A stretch of DNA of 64,000 bases from an uncultured Desulfosarcina sp. (lineage in GTDB: Bacteria; Desulfobacterota; Desulfobacteria; Desulfobacterales; Desulfosarcinaceae): contig CAXXWQ010000004.1 in the NCBI GenBank assembly GCA_963674945.2, forward strand, positions 928,001 through 992,000. The letters run 5' to 3'. A program made the translations under genes and the position numbers. Positions 37,814-49,701 of the stretch are shown in pieces (positions within the stretch are counted from its first letter, which is position 1; each line of letters begins with the position of its first letter). The notes below the pieces were generated by a model, which was not told the DNA's origin, made no database searches, and saw only the letters and a program-made list of their open reading frames with translations.

Positions 37814-38665
37814 CTATTCCTTTAAACCGAGGATCAGGTAGTCGGCGTCCTTCTTTGAGACGCTTTCGGGTGTCCAGCGGCCCTCAACGGCGGGCTGGAT
37901 GACGGCCTGCTTGACTTCGGCATTCTCTCGGGCGGCCTGCTCGGGTGCGGCCAGCTTCCAGGCGTGGATCATCCCGCAAAGAACGACGACCGTGCGTTCG
38001 GGATGGACTTTGAGATATTCCAAGGCATAAACGGCCATGGCTGTGTCCCAGACGAGTTGGGCCTCACAGAAACGGCGAAAACCCGATTCCGAGCCGTGAT
38101 CGCCCAATACACGGCGCAGGAATTCCTCGTATTCCCGATCCACGCGACAAACGATGGGGGGCAGCTTGCCGATCTCCTCGGGCGTCAGGGACGCGAAGCC
38201 ATTTCGCGCCACCTTGCGTGTGATGCTTCGCGGCACGTTCAGGCCAACCATAGGGATGCTCCGGTCCCGGCAGTACAGGAAGATCTCCCGATACAAGTGC
38301 CAATCCTGACTCCAATTGCGGGCAAAGGCCCGGCGCATCTCCGCCTCGCTCAGCGCTCGGGCGACCCAGGCGTCGAGGATGCTCTGCTCGATGTGTTGAA
38401 ACATCTCCAAGCCCACGGCCAAGGTGCGTTTGCGCTTGTCAAGGCTTTGGATGACAGCCAACTGGGCAGCGTGGTGGGCGGCATTGTCGTGGAACTCTCC
38501 CACGTAGACAATGCCCGGTGATGACAATTTACCGGCCGCCTGGTCCAGGCTGATTTCGGCTTTGCCGGCTACGTCCCATAGGGTCATGTCCGCGGCGACA
38601 AGGGTGGTGCCGGGCATGAACAGGAATAATAACAGCAACGTTTGAAAAACAAATCGCAGTGTCAT
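37814..38665 (-). CDS. ChaN-family (iron/haem-uptake-associated) exported protein
   Basis: VGE.HDN..HH..QL, GLEMF, LNVPR, AQ.VWD..MA, G..H. Confidence 0.8.
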   Translation of the reverse strand: MTLRFVFQTLLLLFLFMPGTTLVAADMTLWDVAGKAEISLDQAAGKLSSPGIVYVGEFHDNAAHHAAQLAVIQSLDKRKRTLAVGLEMFQHIEQSILDAWVARALSEAEMRRAFARNWSQDWHLYREIFLYCRDRSIPMVGLNVPRSITRKVARNGFASLTPEEIGKLPPIVCRVDREYEEFLRRVLGDHGSESGFRRFCEAQLVWDTAMAVYALEYLKVHPERTVVVLCGMIHAWKLAAPEQAARENAEVKQAVIQPAVEGRWTPESVSKKDADYLILGLKE

Positions 38666-40778
38666 GAGCCTTTCTCCAGATCAATGACAAGGGGTGATCC
38701 GGACGCCTCGCCGACGCCCTTACCGGTGTTGACACCGTCCTTGAAGGACAGCCAACCATAGCGGCCGTAATGGGTAATCTTGCGGGCCGTTCGTACCACC
38801 GTCTCGAGGTCGGTGCCTTCCACGGGAAGGAATACGGCCACCAGCTTCTGTTTTGCCTTGAAGACCGCGAACAGCGTGTCGGCATTGTGACTGGAGACAT
38901 CCTCTCCCACGCGGAACGCCTCGGCCGAGAGCACCATTGCATCGCCCAGCGCCGACAACAGGTTGCGACCCTTTTCTCGTTTGGGCATGCCGAAGAAGAG
39001 TACGTCTTTGCCGACGGTATCCTCGGCAGCGAATCTGCTTTCACTCCAGACGGGGGTGCCACCATGATTGAGGCCTGTTAGAAGCCCTTGGAAAACTTCA
39101 GGCCAGGGCGAGGGGCTGTCTTCGGCGATCACGGCGGCCAGGGCGCCGGCGCCCTTTACCGCGTTGACGGTGGCCGGAATTTCCTCAGGGTAAAGAAGGC
39201 GAAACACATCGAAGTCGGGGTCGGCGGCAACGGTTCGCGGCGCCTGTTGCATCCGGATGCTGAATGCCGCTGTGGCGCCATCCAGGGCAACGGTCTCACT
39301 TCGGCTCACCGTGGCATCGGTCACCACCACCGGCACGCGGACGTCGTAGTGGGGGATTTCTGAAAGAGTACCCCTTCCGCCTGCGCACGGCCTGCCGCAG
39401 TAACCACCCGGGGGCGATCCATGGCCAATTGCAGGGCACCTGGACGGGTGATCCACTGATCGTGGAAGGTGCGCACCTCATCATGGCGCAAGCCGCCGTG
39501 CGCGGCAAACGCATCCATGAAGTGATCCCAGTTGGTTCTCTGGTAGAGCCGCTAAGCAAAAATGTCGCGCAATGCGTCCCAGAACGCCGCGTCACCGATT
39601 CGCAGGCGCATCATATGAAAGACAAACATGGCCTTCCCGTAGCCGATGGCCTGGCTGGCCGGATTGTAGCGGCTGCGGAAGGCCGACAGGGGAAAGTCCT
39701 GTGCGCCTGCGGCGAGAAGCGCATACTTTTCGAGCGTGCGCAGGCGATAGCCACGGGCCTCTTCCAAGGATTGCTCCTCCTTGGACAGGTAGTCGGCCAC
39801 ATAAGTGGTCAGCCCCTCGCACCAATTGCCCCCGGTCGCATCCACGAACACGCCGTTGCCCCACCAGCAGTGGGCCACCTCGTGTCTGAGACTGGTGTCG
39901 GAAATGAAGGGCAGCCGCAACACGCGGCTGCCCAGCAGGGTAAACGATGGAAAACCGTATCCGGTGGGAAAGAAATTTTCCACTACAGCGAATTTGGCAA
40001 ATGGATAGGGCCCGTGAAGCGCTTCATAGCGGCCGATGTGACGCTGCACGGCCTCCAGATAACGCTTTGAAAGCCCGGCATTGGCCGGGAAGAAATAGGT
40101 GGCGATGCGTACCTGGTCATGCATGCGCTCGCCTATGACGTAGCGGCCCGCAAACATGGCCAGCGGCCCCGATGGCCGTGCAATCGACCAAATCGACAGG
40201 CTCCTGTCGGCATCGTCGGTGTGGGCTTCGAGCCTGCCCTCCATCACTGCATAAACGCCCTTGGGCGCGGTCACCGACACCCGAAAGGTCTCGGGGACAT
40301 CGTCCGGGATCATTGGGTACCAGCCGCTGCCAGCCAGAAAAAAGGCTGCGTCCCGGGTTATGGAGCCCATGACCCCCTGCCCGGTGTTGTCCATGGAAAA
40401 GGGCTCGGGCTCGAAGGGGTCGTCGAAGACACCCTCGTAGTTCAGGACTACGGTGTGTGAAGACGAATCCGTTGCCTCGGGATGCAAATACAGTACACCA
40501 TCTTTGTGGGTGGTCGTGGCGCCCCCCACGGAAAGGATGTGCACACCGGGGCGAACGGTCACCCGCAGGCGCGACATACCCTGGGGAAGACGGATGGTGT
40601 CCATACCGCGCAGGACTTTGGCATCGTGCAGGATTTCCACCGCAAGCTCGTGGTGGAGGGCCTGCTGTGCTGCGGCATCGAAAGCTGCCGGAAACAGGAT
40701 CCACAGTCCTGCCATGGCAGCGATGAAAATCGGGCGCAGGCCGTGTAGCGCATGAGATTGTCTATTTTTTGATAGCAT
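38662..40778 (-). pseudogene. M1-family aminopeptidase, disrupted
   Basis: HEVAHCWWGN..NWCEGLTTY. In-frame TAG at 39552-39554, then a -1 frameshift in a homopolymer near 39351. Confidence 0.8.
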
Positions 40779-40898
40779 CGTGGGAATCGTTTTCTCAAAA
40801 ATTTGAAATTTACTATGCAGCCATATTGACTGCTGCGTTTCAGGCCGACTGTGTTTCAGATTTGGTTTTTTTCAACGTTTTCAAGCGGTGAACGCGCC

Positions 40899-41981
40899 CT
40901 ACAGGGGGCACTCGAAGGTCGGATCCACGGCACAGCGGTAGTATATTCGAAAACCCTCTATGGTTTCGACGAGTTCGGGAACACCGGTCATGATGTCACC
41001 CTCGGTGTAGTAGTCGCGTGAGTAGTAAGACTGGAGGGTGCCGTCGACGAACTTGACGATCGACATGCCCGGGGCACTGAAAGGGGCCCCGTTGAACTCC
41101 CCGGCCATCGTCCAGGTCGCCATGTATACGCCGTCGACCAGGGTTTCGTCCTCGACCGTGGTGTACAGGTCCGACGATCCGGCGAACAGCCGGCCGAGGA
41201 ACACGGCCATCGTGTCGGGGCCATAGATATCGACGATGGGGTCGTGGTATTCGTAGTCGCTTGCCAGGTATGGCAGCGCGGCCGTCCAGTTCTCGGCATT
41301 GATTTCGACCAGCTGACGACCGACCGCCAACTGCTCCTTGCGCAGCTGCGCCGGCGACAGCAGGCGGTTGTCGTTTCCAGGCAACACCTGCGGGTCGTCC
41401 GGCGCCCCAAAACCGATCCCGCTTTCGCTTCCCTCCGGAAATCCGTCGAGCGGGCACTCGAAGGTCGGATCCACGGCGCACCGGTAGTAGGTCCGGAAGC
41501 CCCCGATCATCTGGTCCAGGCCCGGAATGGTGGTCATGATGTCGCCCTCGGAATAGTAATCGCGCTGGTAGTACACCAGCGATGTGCGGGGCCGGAACTT
41601 GAAGGTCGAGATGCCCTTGGCCTCGTAGGGAACGCCGAGGAACTGGCCGGTCATGAACCACGTCGCCGAGTAGGTGTCCCCGCTCAGGGTCTCGTCCTCG
41701 ACAATTGTGACGAGATCGGGCGAAGCGTCCAGTAGCTGGTTGAGAAACCCGGTCATCGCCTCCAACCCGTAGATGTCGACGATCGGATCGTGGTATTCGA
41801 TGTCGTCCGTATAGTACGGCAGGACTTCCGCCACGTTCGTCGACTGCACCTCGAGCAGGGCACGTCCGACCTCGAGTCGCTGCTGGTCGAGCTGGTGCGG
41901 ACCGTCGTTTGAACAGGCCTGGGCCGTCAGGATCATGACAATGCCGGCGAGCAACGGGATTGCTTGTATCAACTTTATCAT
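40899..41981 (-). CDS. Exported protein with two tandem SnoaL/NTF2-like domains
   Basis: EYHDPIVDIYG..ATW.M.G.F.G..RDYY.EGDIM..YYRCAVDPTFECPL occurs twice; signal peptide ends in AQAC. Confidence 0.75.
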   Translation of the reverse strand: MIKLIQAIPLLAGIVMILTAQACSNDGPHQLDQQRLEVGRALLEVQSTNVAEVLPYYTDDIEYHDPIVDIYGLEAMTGFLNQLLDASPDLVTIVEDETLSGDTYSATWFMTGQFLGVPYEAKGISTFKFRPRTSLVYYQRDYYSEGDIMTTIPGLDQMIGGFRTYYRCAVDPTFECPLDGFPEGSESGIGFGAPDDPQVLPGNDNRLLSPAQLRKEQLAVGRQLVEINAENWTAALPYLASDYEYHDPIVDIYGPDTMAVFLGRLFAGSSDLYTTVEDETLVDGVYMATWTMAGEFNGAPFSAPGMSIVKFVDGTLQSYYSRDYYTEGDIMTGVPELVETIEGFRIYYRCAVDPTFECPL

Positions 41982-42076
41982 GGATAGGACTCCTTATCAT
42001 CGAATTGCTGATGGAAAATTTCCCAAAAACAGTAAAGCAGTAGCAAGGCCAACAGATCGATGGCCATTCGGATTTG

Positions 42077-45000
42077 TCACCAGGTTTGGCCTGCTTCCAA
42101 ACTGGCCCGCTCTTGCGCAAGCCGCCGGGCGACCCGACCGGGTGGATGCGTTCTCCGGGAGAGCAGGCTGTATGCAACCGGCACGACAAACAGGGTAAAC
42201 AGGGTCGCCGACAACACCCCGGCCAGAACGACGACGCCGATCACCATGCGGGTTTCCGCTCCTGCGCCCGAGGAGAGAATCAGGGGAATCGCACCCGTGG
42301 CCGTGGTGATGCCGGTCATCACGATCGGGCGCAGGCGAACTTCGGATGCCGTAAGAATTGCGTAATCAAACGATTTGCGTCGCTCCCGGAGTTGGTTGGC
42401 GAATTCGACAATGAGAATGCCGTTTTTGGCCGACAGCCCGATCAGCATGACCAGGCCGATCTTGGAGTATAGATTCAAGGTGCTTCCGGTTACATACAGC
42501 CCCATCAACCCGCCTGCAATGGCCAATGGCACCGTCAGCATGATCACAAGCGGATTGATATAGCTTTCGAACTGGGCGGCGAGAACAAGGAACACCACCA
42601 GGATTCCCATCAGGAATACGAATAGGATGGATTGGGTTGAGTACTTGTAATCCTGGGATTGCCCCTTGTAATCAATGATTGCGTGTTCAGGCAGGTGATC
42701 GTTGACCAATCCTTCCATGTAGGCAAGCGCATCACCCAAGGCCAAACCGTCGGCAAGATTGGCCTCGATGGTGATGGCCCTGACGCGGTTATAGCGGTTC
42801 AGGGCCGTTGAATCGGCAAATTCCGCTATCGTGACCAGGTTGGACAATGGAATCACTTCGCCACTGCGCGATGAACGCACAAAGATGTTCTGCAGATCGG
42901 TTGGCGTACGCTGGTGCTCACGTTCACCTTCCAGGATTACATCGTACTCTTCACCGGCTTCAAGATAGGTGGTCACACGCCGGGAGCCCAGCATCGTCTC
43001 CAGGGTTCGGCCGACATTGCCGATGGTCACCCCCAATTCGGCTGCGCGATCATAATCGATGTTCACCTGCAGTTGGGGTTTGGTTTCTTTGTAATCCCAG
43101 TCGATGCCGATCAGCCCCGGATTGTTGACTTCGATCTGGGCTAACAGTGTATCTCGCCATTGGGCCAATTCCGGATAGGTACCGCCGCCGATGACGAACT
43201 GCAGCGGCTTTTGAATGGATGCACCAAAGCCCTGGCGCATCACCGGGAAGGCGCGCACCCCCGGCAGTCCGCCCAGTCTGGCGCGCACCTCATCCATGAT
43301 GGCCCAGGCGGAACGCCGCTGATCCCAGTCGTTGAGAACGAAAATCACCATGCCGGTGTTGAAGTTCTCATAATTCGAAAAGGTGCGCGGCGCTCGAACC
43401 AGCAGCCGGGTGGCCTCCTTGCTTTCGACAAAGGGCATCAGCCGCCGCTCGATTTCGTTCATGTATTCCTCCATGTATGCATAGGAGGCGCCTTCCGGCC
43501 CGTTGACGATCACAAAGAATGCACCGCGGTCTTCCTTGGGCGCGTATTCTGTCGGAATCTGCCCGGCCAGCCACACCGTTGCCGCGATCAGCGCCGCGAA
43601 AAGACCCACCACCAGCCAGGGGTGCTTCATGGTGTAGCTGAGCCACCGGCGGTAGCGATTGCGGATAGATTCAAAAAGACGGTCCGTCAGGGCAGAACCG
43701 TTACGTCGGACGGAATGGCGCTTCAGAATTTTAGATGCCAGCATGGGAGAGAAGCTCAGGGCCACGATGCTGGAAAAGCAAACCGCCGCCGCCATGGTGA
43801 TGGCAAACTCGGAAAATAAACGACCCACATCCCCCTGCAAAAAAGCAATGGGTACAAACACCGCCACCAACACCAGAGAGGTGGCGATCACTGCGAAACC
43901 GACCTGCCGGGTACCGCGATAGGCCGCAATAAGGGGGGATTCGCCCCTTTCCGCCATGCGCCGGTAAATATTCTCCAATACCACGATGGCATCGTCCACC
44001 ACCAACCCAATGGCCAGGACCAGTGCCAGCAGGGTCAGCAAATTCACCGAGAAACCCAGCACGTATAAAACAGTTAAGCTGGCGATAATGGAAACCGGGA
44101 CGGTCACCGCTGGAACGAGCGTGGCCCGCAAACTGCCCAAAAAGAAATAGATCACCAAAATGACCAGGCCGATGGCAATCAGCAGCGTCTTGTAGACTTC
44201 CCTGATGGCGCCTTCGACAAAAACCGATGTGTCGTAGCTCTGCTTGATTTCCATCCCGTCGGGCAAGGTGGGGTTGAGGCGTCGCATTTCCGCCTTGGCA
44301 CCACGGGCCACGTCGATCGTGTTGGCGGTCGATTGTTTGATGATGCCCATGCCCACCATGGCCACGCCGTTGCCGCGAAAAAATGTCCGGTCCTCTTCGG
44401 TACCGCGCTCGACGCGGGCAATGTCTCCCAGGCGAACCAAGTGGCCGTCGGTGCCGCGAACCAGAACCAGGCGGCTGAAATCCTGGGCCGTCCGAAAGGC
44501 ACGCTTGACCCGCACCGTAAAGCCACGCTCCCGGGATTCGATGCTTCCGGCCGGCAGTTCCAGATTTTCCGACCGCAGGGCGCTTTCGACGTCGCTGACC
44601 ACAAGCCCCCGCGCCGCCATGGCATTTCGGTCGATCCAGATCCGCATGGCAAAGTTTTGACCACCGCCAATTCTCACCCGCGCGACGCCGTCTAAAACCG
44701 AAAACCGATCGACCAGATAGCGATCGGCATAATCGGTCAAGGCCGGGACGGTCATGCGATCGCTGACCAGATTCAACCACATGATCACATCGTCGTTGGA
44801 ATCGACCTTTTGGATCTCCGGCGGATCGGCTTCGTCCGGCAGATCGCCAAAAATCGCCGAGACCCGATCCCGAACATCGTTGACCGCCCCGTCGATATCC
44901 CGCTCGGTATCGAATTCGACCGTCACCGCAGAAAGCCCGTCTTCACTGGTTGAGGAAATAAATTCAATACCTTCGACGCCGGCAATCCGCTCTTCGATGA

Positions 45001-45196
45001 GTTCGGTAATGCGTGTCTCCACCACATTGGCGGAGGCGCCGGGATAGAGCGTTTCGATGGTTACCACGGGGGGATCGATGTCCGGGTATTCCCGCAGAGG
45101 AAGTCGGCCGAACGAAACCAGGCCGAAGACGATCAACAGTAAGGAGATCACGGCGGCAAATACAGGCCGCTTGACGGAAATGTCAGAAAGAATCAT
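42077..45196 (-). CDS. RND efflux permease (AcrB/MdtC-like)
   Basis: RPVFA, GLVVDDAIVVLEN, KNGILIVEFA, RLRPI.MT. Confidence 0.95.
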   Translation of the reverse strand: MILSDISVKRPVFAAVISLLLIVFGLVSFGRLPLREYPDIDPPVVTIETLYPGASANVVETRITELIEERIAGVEGIEFISSTSEDGLSAVTVEFDTERDIDGAVNDVRDRVSAIFGDLPDEADPPEIQKVDSNDDVIMWLNLVSDRMTVPALTDYADRYLVDRFSVLDGVARVRIGGGQNFAMRIWIDRNAMAARGLVVSDVESALRSENLELPAGSIESRERGFTVRVKRAFRTAQDFSRLVLVRGTDGHLVRLGDIARVERGTEEDRTFFRGNGVAMVGMGIIKQSTANTIDVARGAKAEMRRLNPTLPDGMEIKQSYDTSVFVEGAIREVYKTLLIAIGLVILVIYFFLGSLRATLVPAVTVPVSIIASLTVLYVLGFSVNLLTLLALVLAIGLVVDDAIVVLENIYRRMAERGESPLIAAYRGTRQVGFAVIATSLVLVAVFVPIAFLQGDVGRLFSEFAITMAAAVCFSSIVALSFSPMLASKILKRHSVRRNGSALTDRLFESIRNRYRRWLSYTMKHPWLVVGLFAALIAATVWLAGQIPTEYAPKEDRGAFFVIVNGPEGASYAYMEEYMNEIERRLMPFVESKEATRLLVRAPRTFSNYENFNTGMVIFVLNDWDQRRSAWAIMDEVRARLGGLPGVRAFPVMRQGFGASIQKPLQFVIGGGTYPELAQWRDTLLAQIEVNNPGLIGIDWDYKETKPQLQVNIDYDRAAELGVTIGNVGRTLETMLGSRRVTTYLEAGEEYDVILEGEREHQRTPTDLQNIFVRSSRSGEVIPLSNLVTIAEFADSTALNRYNRVRAITIEANLADGLALGDALAYMEGLVNDHLPEHAIIDYKGQSQDYKYSTQSILFVFLMGILVVFLVLAAQFESYINPLVIMLTVPLAIAGGLMGLYVTGSTLNLYSKIGLVMLIGLSAKNGILIVEFANQLRERRKSFDYAILTASEVRLRPIVMTGITTATGAIPLILSSGAGAETRMVIGVVVLAGVLSATLFTLFVVPVAYSLLSRRTHPPGRVARRLAQERASLEAGQTW

Positions 45197-46296
45197 CGGT
45201 CCTGACCTTTCCGATTGCTTTTCAGCAGGTGGGCCAATGGCTCGTCGCCGCCATCCACGGCAACGATGGTCACGGGCTGTCCCGGTTGGACGCGCAAGGT
45301 CCCGTCAACGACCACGAATTCTCCTTCTTCGAGTCCTTCGACAATTTCGACGTCACCCGGCCGGCGGTTGCCGATGGTCACTTGACGACGGTGAACGACG
45401 GTGGGGTCGGCGGATCGGTCCACGACCAACACGTGGTTAACACGCCCGGACGGAATCAGCGCTTCCTCGGGAATCACCAAAACGTCCCGCGGATTTTTCA
45501 TCAACGTGACGTACATCAGCAACCCCGGTTTAAGCAGACGCTCCGGGTTCGGCAACATCGCTCTGACGACGATCGCACGGGTGACCGGATCGATGCGGCT
45601 GTTGATGCTGGAAACGATGCCATCGAATTGACGACCGGGGAGGGCGGGGGATGTGGCGACAATTGGCAACCCGTTGGCAAGGCTCGCCAGGTAAATCGAC
45701 GGCACCGTAAAATCGAGTTTCATGACGCTGTCGTCGTCCAGGGTCGTGATCACGTCCCCCGGTTCGATGAGTGTACCGACACTGACATTGCGCAGCCCCA
45801 CAACCCCGGCAAACGGTGCGATAATCAAACGGTCCCGCAACTTGGATTCGATGGCCCGGAGTCGCGCCTTGGCGGTCTCGTACTCCCGCCGCCGTTGATC
45901 GAGCAACGATACGGACGCCGCCCCACGCTCGACCAGGGGGCGCAATCGATCATACTGCTTCTTGGCTTCGTTCAGCGTCGAACGTTCCTCTTCGATCAGG
46001 GCATGCTCCTCTTCATTGGTCATCTCAACCAGGATGCTGCCGGCGGCCACCCGCTGGCCATCTTCAAAGTGCACGGCCGAAACGATTTCGGAAACCGTTG
46101 CGGTCAACACGACGGCTTCGCTGGCACGTAGCGTTCCAAGCGCTTCCACGCGGTCCACAAAGCGATCGTTCACAACCGCCTTTACGATCACGGGGGCGGC
46201 CTGCTGAGCGCTTGTCTGGTCAACCCCACAAAACCCGATGATGGCCGCCACGGCCATGCACAGAGGAATTTGCAATGGTATGCTAAGATTCTTCAT
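45193..46296 (-). CDS. RND periplasmic adaptor (MFP)
   Basis: Lipoyl/hairpin pattern, IAPFAGVVG, LKPG; overlaps the permease start. Confidence 0.92.
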   Translation of the reverse strand: MKNLSIPLQIPLCMAVAAIIGFCGVDQTSAQQAAPVIVKAVVNDRFVDRVEALGTLRASEAVVLTATVSEIVSAVHFEDGQRVAAGSILVEMTNEEEHALIEEERSTLNEAKKQYDRLRPLVERGAASVSLLDQRRREYETAKARLRAIESKLRDRLIIAPFAGVVGLRNVSVGTLIEPGDVITTLDDDSVMKLDFTVPSIYLASLANGLPIVATSPALPGRQFDGIVSSINSRIDPVTRAIVVRAMLPNPERLLKPGLLMYVTLMKNPRDVLVIPEEALIPSGRVNHVLVVDRSADPTVVHRRQVTIGNRRPGDVEIVEGLEEGEFVVVDGTLRVQPGQPVTIVAVDGGDEPLAHLLKSNRKGQDR

Positions 46297-46297
46297 G

Positions 46298-47692
46298 TCA
46301 GGCCTCCATACCGGCTGCTTTCACCTGTCCACCCAGCACCCGCTGGAGTTGAATACGGAACCCCAGCAGTTCCCGCTGCTGTATGACGATGATGCGTTCG
46401 ATCCGCTGCAGCTCTTTGATTGCATCCAGGACCGGCAAAAAATCTGTCAGGCCATTGGTATACCGATCTCTGGTCTCTTCGACGGTGCGTTCCAGAAAGA
46501 GACGGCGACGCTCCAGACGATCCAGAAATTCGCGCTGTTTGCGCTCCTGGTAAAGCGCATTTTCAACATCTTCGATCGCCTGCAGATAAGCCTGGGAAAA
46601 TTCCGCCAGCCGTTCCTCATAAACAGCGCGGCTGCGCTCGACTTCGGCCTTGCGGGCCCCCCAGTCCAAAAGCGGTTGTACGATCGATCCCAGCAGGACA
46701 CCTGCGGGTCCGGTGAATTCCGAACCGTCCCCGTAAAAGAGGGATCCGTCAAGTGTGATTCGTGGCAGACGCTCGGCAATGGCCTGCCCGATTTCGGCAT
46801 CAGCGGCGATCAGCTCGCTTCTCAAGGCCCTCAAGTCCGGACGGTTGAGCAAGAGATCTGATGGGACACCCACCAATGGCAGGTCTTCAACATCAACGAA
46901 CCGATCATTGTCGTCTACGCGATCCACCGCATCCGGTGCCTGCCCGATCAACACATCCAATCGGTTTTCTGCAACGCGCAGCAGCGCTTCGGTGGGGGGC
47001 ACCAAGCTTTCGGTTTCGGCCAGCACGCTGCTTTGCTGCAACACATCCACCGATGCCGTCAGGCCCGCTTCAAAACGAAGCTCGGTCAGTTCCAATAACT
47101 CCCGGTCAGCCTCGATCTGTTGTTCGAGCAAGCGTAGTTGGGTGCGTTGTCCGACCGCATCAAAATAGGCAGCGGTTACTTCCGCGGACAAACTCAGCCG
47201 TATCGTTTCCAAATCTTCAGCACGCGCGGCGCGCTCACTGCGACGTGCTATTTCAGCAGATCCGAGCCGATTGAAAACATCGACCTCCCAGACCAATGCG
47301 CCACCGACCCGATCCAAGTGATTGCGTGTCTCACCATCCGCCCAGTCCCTCAGAATGCTGCCTTCGAGGTCAACCTGGGGCAGGCGCGCTGCCCCGGCCT
47401 GGCGGGTGAGTGCAGCGGCCTGGTCGATCCTTGCCATGCCCCGCATGATATCGAAATTGCCATTCAGTGCATCATCGATGAGTTCATCCAGCTTGGCATC
47501 CTTGAACGAAACCCACCAAGGATCACCGATGGGTTTTTTAGTGGGCGAAGGGATGCTGTAGACAACGCCACCAGTTTGCAGCGGTTCCGGAGTTGGGTTG
47601 ATGGTATGCGGTTGACAGCCTGAAAGCAGCACGCTTGCCGTTCCAAGTAAGACAATCCAGCGATGTTGACTGATTCCTGTTGACCATTTCAT
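46298..47692 (-). CDS. Outer-membrane efflux lipoprotein (TolC/NodT family)
   Basis: Lipobox LSGC, WW..F.D..L, WE.D.F, PS.LL..RPD. Confidence 0.92.
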   Translation of the reverse strand: MKWSTGISQHRWIVLLGTASVLLSGCQPHTINPTPEPLQTGGVVYSIPSPTKKPIGDPWWVSFKDAKLDELIDDALNGNFDIMRGMARIDQAAALTRQAGAARLPQVDLEGSILRDWADGETRNHLDRVGGALVWEVDVFNRLGSAEIARRSERAARAEDLETIRLSLSAEVTAAYFDAVGQRTQLRLLEQQIEADRELLELTELRFEAGLTASVDVLQQSSVLAETESLVPPTEALLRVAENRLDVLIGQAPDAVDRVDDNDRFVDVEDLPLVGVPSDLLLNRPDLRALRSELIAADAEIGQAIAERLPRITLDGSLFYGDGSEFTGPAGVLLGSIVQPLLDWGARKAEVERSRAVYEERLAEFSQAYLQAIEDVENALYQERKQREFLDRLERRRLFLERTVEETRDRYTNGLTDFLPVLDAIKELQRIERIIVIQQRELLGFRIQLQRVLGGQVKAAGMEA

Positions 47693-48032
47693 GGCTCGTT
47701 ATCCCACATACGTGACGAATCCCTCACAACGCTTCATATGTCCGTAACCAATGGTAATAAACTTCAGACCCAGTCGGCTAATTGGCAATATGAGACATTT
47801 GACCGGTATTCGGTAGGTCAAAACTATCAACATGCCAGAGATATTCATGGCAAACGGATGGTGCCTTTTTTCGGTGCCTGCATTGGAGGAAAAATTGTAC
47901 CGGGGTTTTGTTCAAATGTAGATTTGTCTATCCCATAAAAGTCAGCATTGAACCAAGAGCAACGACTTTCTATAGGACGCCTCGCCGACAACAGGTATGA
48001 CGGTTTGCTGAGATTTGCTGCCGTTGATAGGA

Positions 48033-49514
48033 TCACGTCCCGCAATAGGTTCGATAAGGCTCAGCCGAAGGGGGCGGTGGCAGGTGATAGCCGGCCTGTT
48101 CCGGCGGATACTGGTATGGTTGGGAAAGAACATCCAGCAGTTTTTCCATGACCGTAAAATCGGACCGTTCCACGGCCGCCTCCAGGGCCTCTTCCACTTG
48201 GTGGTTGCGAGGGATCACTGCCGGGTTGTGTGCGTTCATGAGACGGATTGATGCCTCCCAAGTATCCGGTTGCCGCTTTAGCCGGGCCTGCCAGCGTTCG
48301 TACCACTGATTAAATTCCTGGGTCTGAAACACGGAGGCCTCCGGAAAGGAATCGGATGCCAAATCGCGAAAAGTGTTGGTATAATCCGCCCCTTGCCGGT
48401 GCATGCAATCTAATAGGTCCTGCATCAGTGTGCTGTCATCTTCCTCATGGTTGAACAGCCCCAATTTGGAACGCATTCCCGCCAGCCAATATTGACGAAA
48501 TGTATCGGCAAATCCGGAAAGGGCATCGGTGGCCATCGAAACAGCCTCCTGCGGGTCCTCGTGAATAAGCGGCAACAGCGTTTCGGCAAACCTGGCAAGG
48601 TTCCACTGGGCAATCTGTGGCTGGCGGCCATAGGCATACCGACCGTTGTGATCGATGGAACTGAAGACGGTATTCGGATCGTAGGCGTCCATGAAGGCGC
48701 AGGGTCCGTAGTCTATCGTTTCACCGCTTAGGGTCATGTTGTCGGTGTTCATGACGCCGTGGATGAAGCCGACCAGTATCCAGTCGGCGACCAATGAAGC
48801 CTGTCGTTCCATGACGGCCCCAAGCAAGGCAAGATACGGGCTGCCGTCCATGGTCAAATCGCGGAAGTGGCGGCGGATGGTGTAATCAGCCAGGGCTTGG
48901 ATCTCGTTCTGATTGTCCCTCGACGCCGCATACTGGAAAGTACCTACGCGGATGTGGCTGGCCGCCGTACGGGTCAGGATCGCCCCCTGCAAAGGGGTTT
49001 CCCGGAAGACTGGTTCACCTGTCGTCACCACTGCCAGGCTGCGGGTCGTCGGTACGCCAAGGGCGTAAAGGGCCTCGCTGATAATGTACTCCCGAATCAT
49101 CGGCCCCAGGGCCGCCCTCCCATCTCCTCGCCTCGAAAAGGGGGTTTTACCGGATCCTTTGAATTGGATGTCAAAACGCTCACCTTTCGGCGTCACTTGC
49201 TCTCCCAGCAGTATGGCCCGCCCATCCCCCAACATGGTGAAAGAGCCGAATTGATGCCCCGCATAGGCCTGAGCAAGCGGTTCGGCGCCCTCGGGGATCC
49301 AGTTGCCAGAGAAAATGGCGGTGCCCTCATCACCTTTAAGAGCATCAGGGTTCAACCCCAAAAACTGCGCCAGCGGCCTGTTAAAAATCACGAGTTTAGG
49401 TGTGCTTACCGGTTCGGGATTCACCCGGACATAAAAAGCCTCCGGTAGCCGAACGTAGCTGTTGTCAAAATTAAATCCTACATCCCGGCGATTCTCTCTG
49501 CGTTTGATCGTCAT
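48033..49514 (-). CDS. selO: Protein adenylyltransferase SelO/YdiU
   Basis: [47 protein letters not shown]-terminus. Confidence 0.95.
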   Translation of the reverse strand: MTIKRRENRRDVGFNFDNSYVRLPEAFYVRVNPEPVSTPKLVIFNRPLAQFLGLNPDALKGDEGTAIFSGNWIPEGAEPLAQAYAGHQFGSFTMLGDGRAILLGEQVTPKGERFDIQFKGSGKTPFSRRGDGRAALGPMIREYIISEALYALGVPTTRSLAVVTTGEPVFRETPLQGAILTRTAASHIRVGTFQYAASRDNQNEIQALADYTIRRHFRDLTMDGSPYLALLGAVMERQASLVADWILVGFIHGVMNTDNMTLSGETIDYGPCAFMDAYDPNTVFSSIDHNGRYAYGRQPQIAQWNLARFAETLLPLIHEDPQEAVSMATDALSGFADTFRQYWLAGMRSKLGLFNHEEDDSTLMQDLLDCMHRQGADYTNTFRDLASDSFPEASVFQTQEFNQWYERWQARLKRQPDTWEASIRLMNAHNPAVIPRNHQVEEALEAAVERSDFTVMEKLLDVLSQPYQYPPEQAGYHLPPPPSAEPYRTYCGT

Positions 49515-49663
49515 GTCATCCTCCAGCCCCTAATAGATGTAGAGAATAGTTAGCTAATGTGATGACTAAAGTATGTTTAACTTAAGTTCGACTCACTGAA
49601 AGATCCTTTCATCTTTATCCACCTTGTCTGGCCCCTTAAGATGGCCGGTTCTTTTGAGACCCC

Positions 49664-49701
49664 AAAAAATAGGCAGAGCCCCGTTAGAGGCTCTGCTTTT
49701 T
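49664..49701. terminator. Bidirectional terminator-like hairpin
   Basis: AAAAAATAGGCAGAGCC-CCGTTAGA-GGCTCTGCTTTTT. Confidence 0.7.

Noticed and set aside
39552..39554. Pyrrolysine or readthrough TAG in the M1 peptidase
   Set aside because: A frameshift follows ~200 bp later, so pseudogenisation is simpler.
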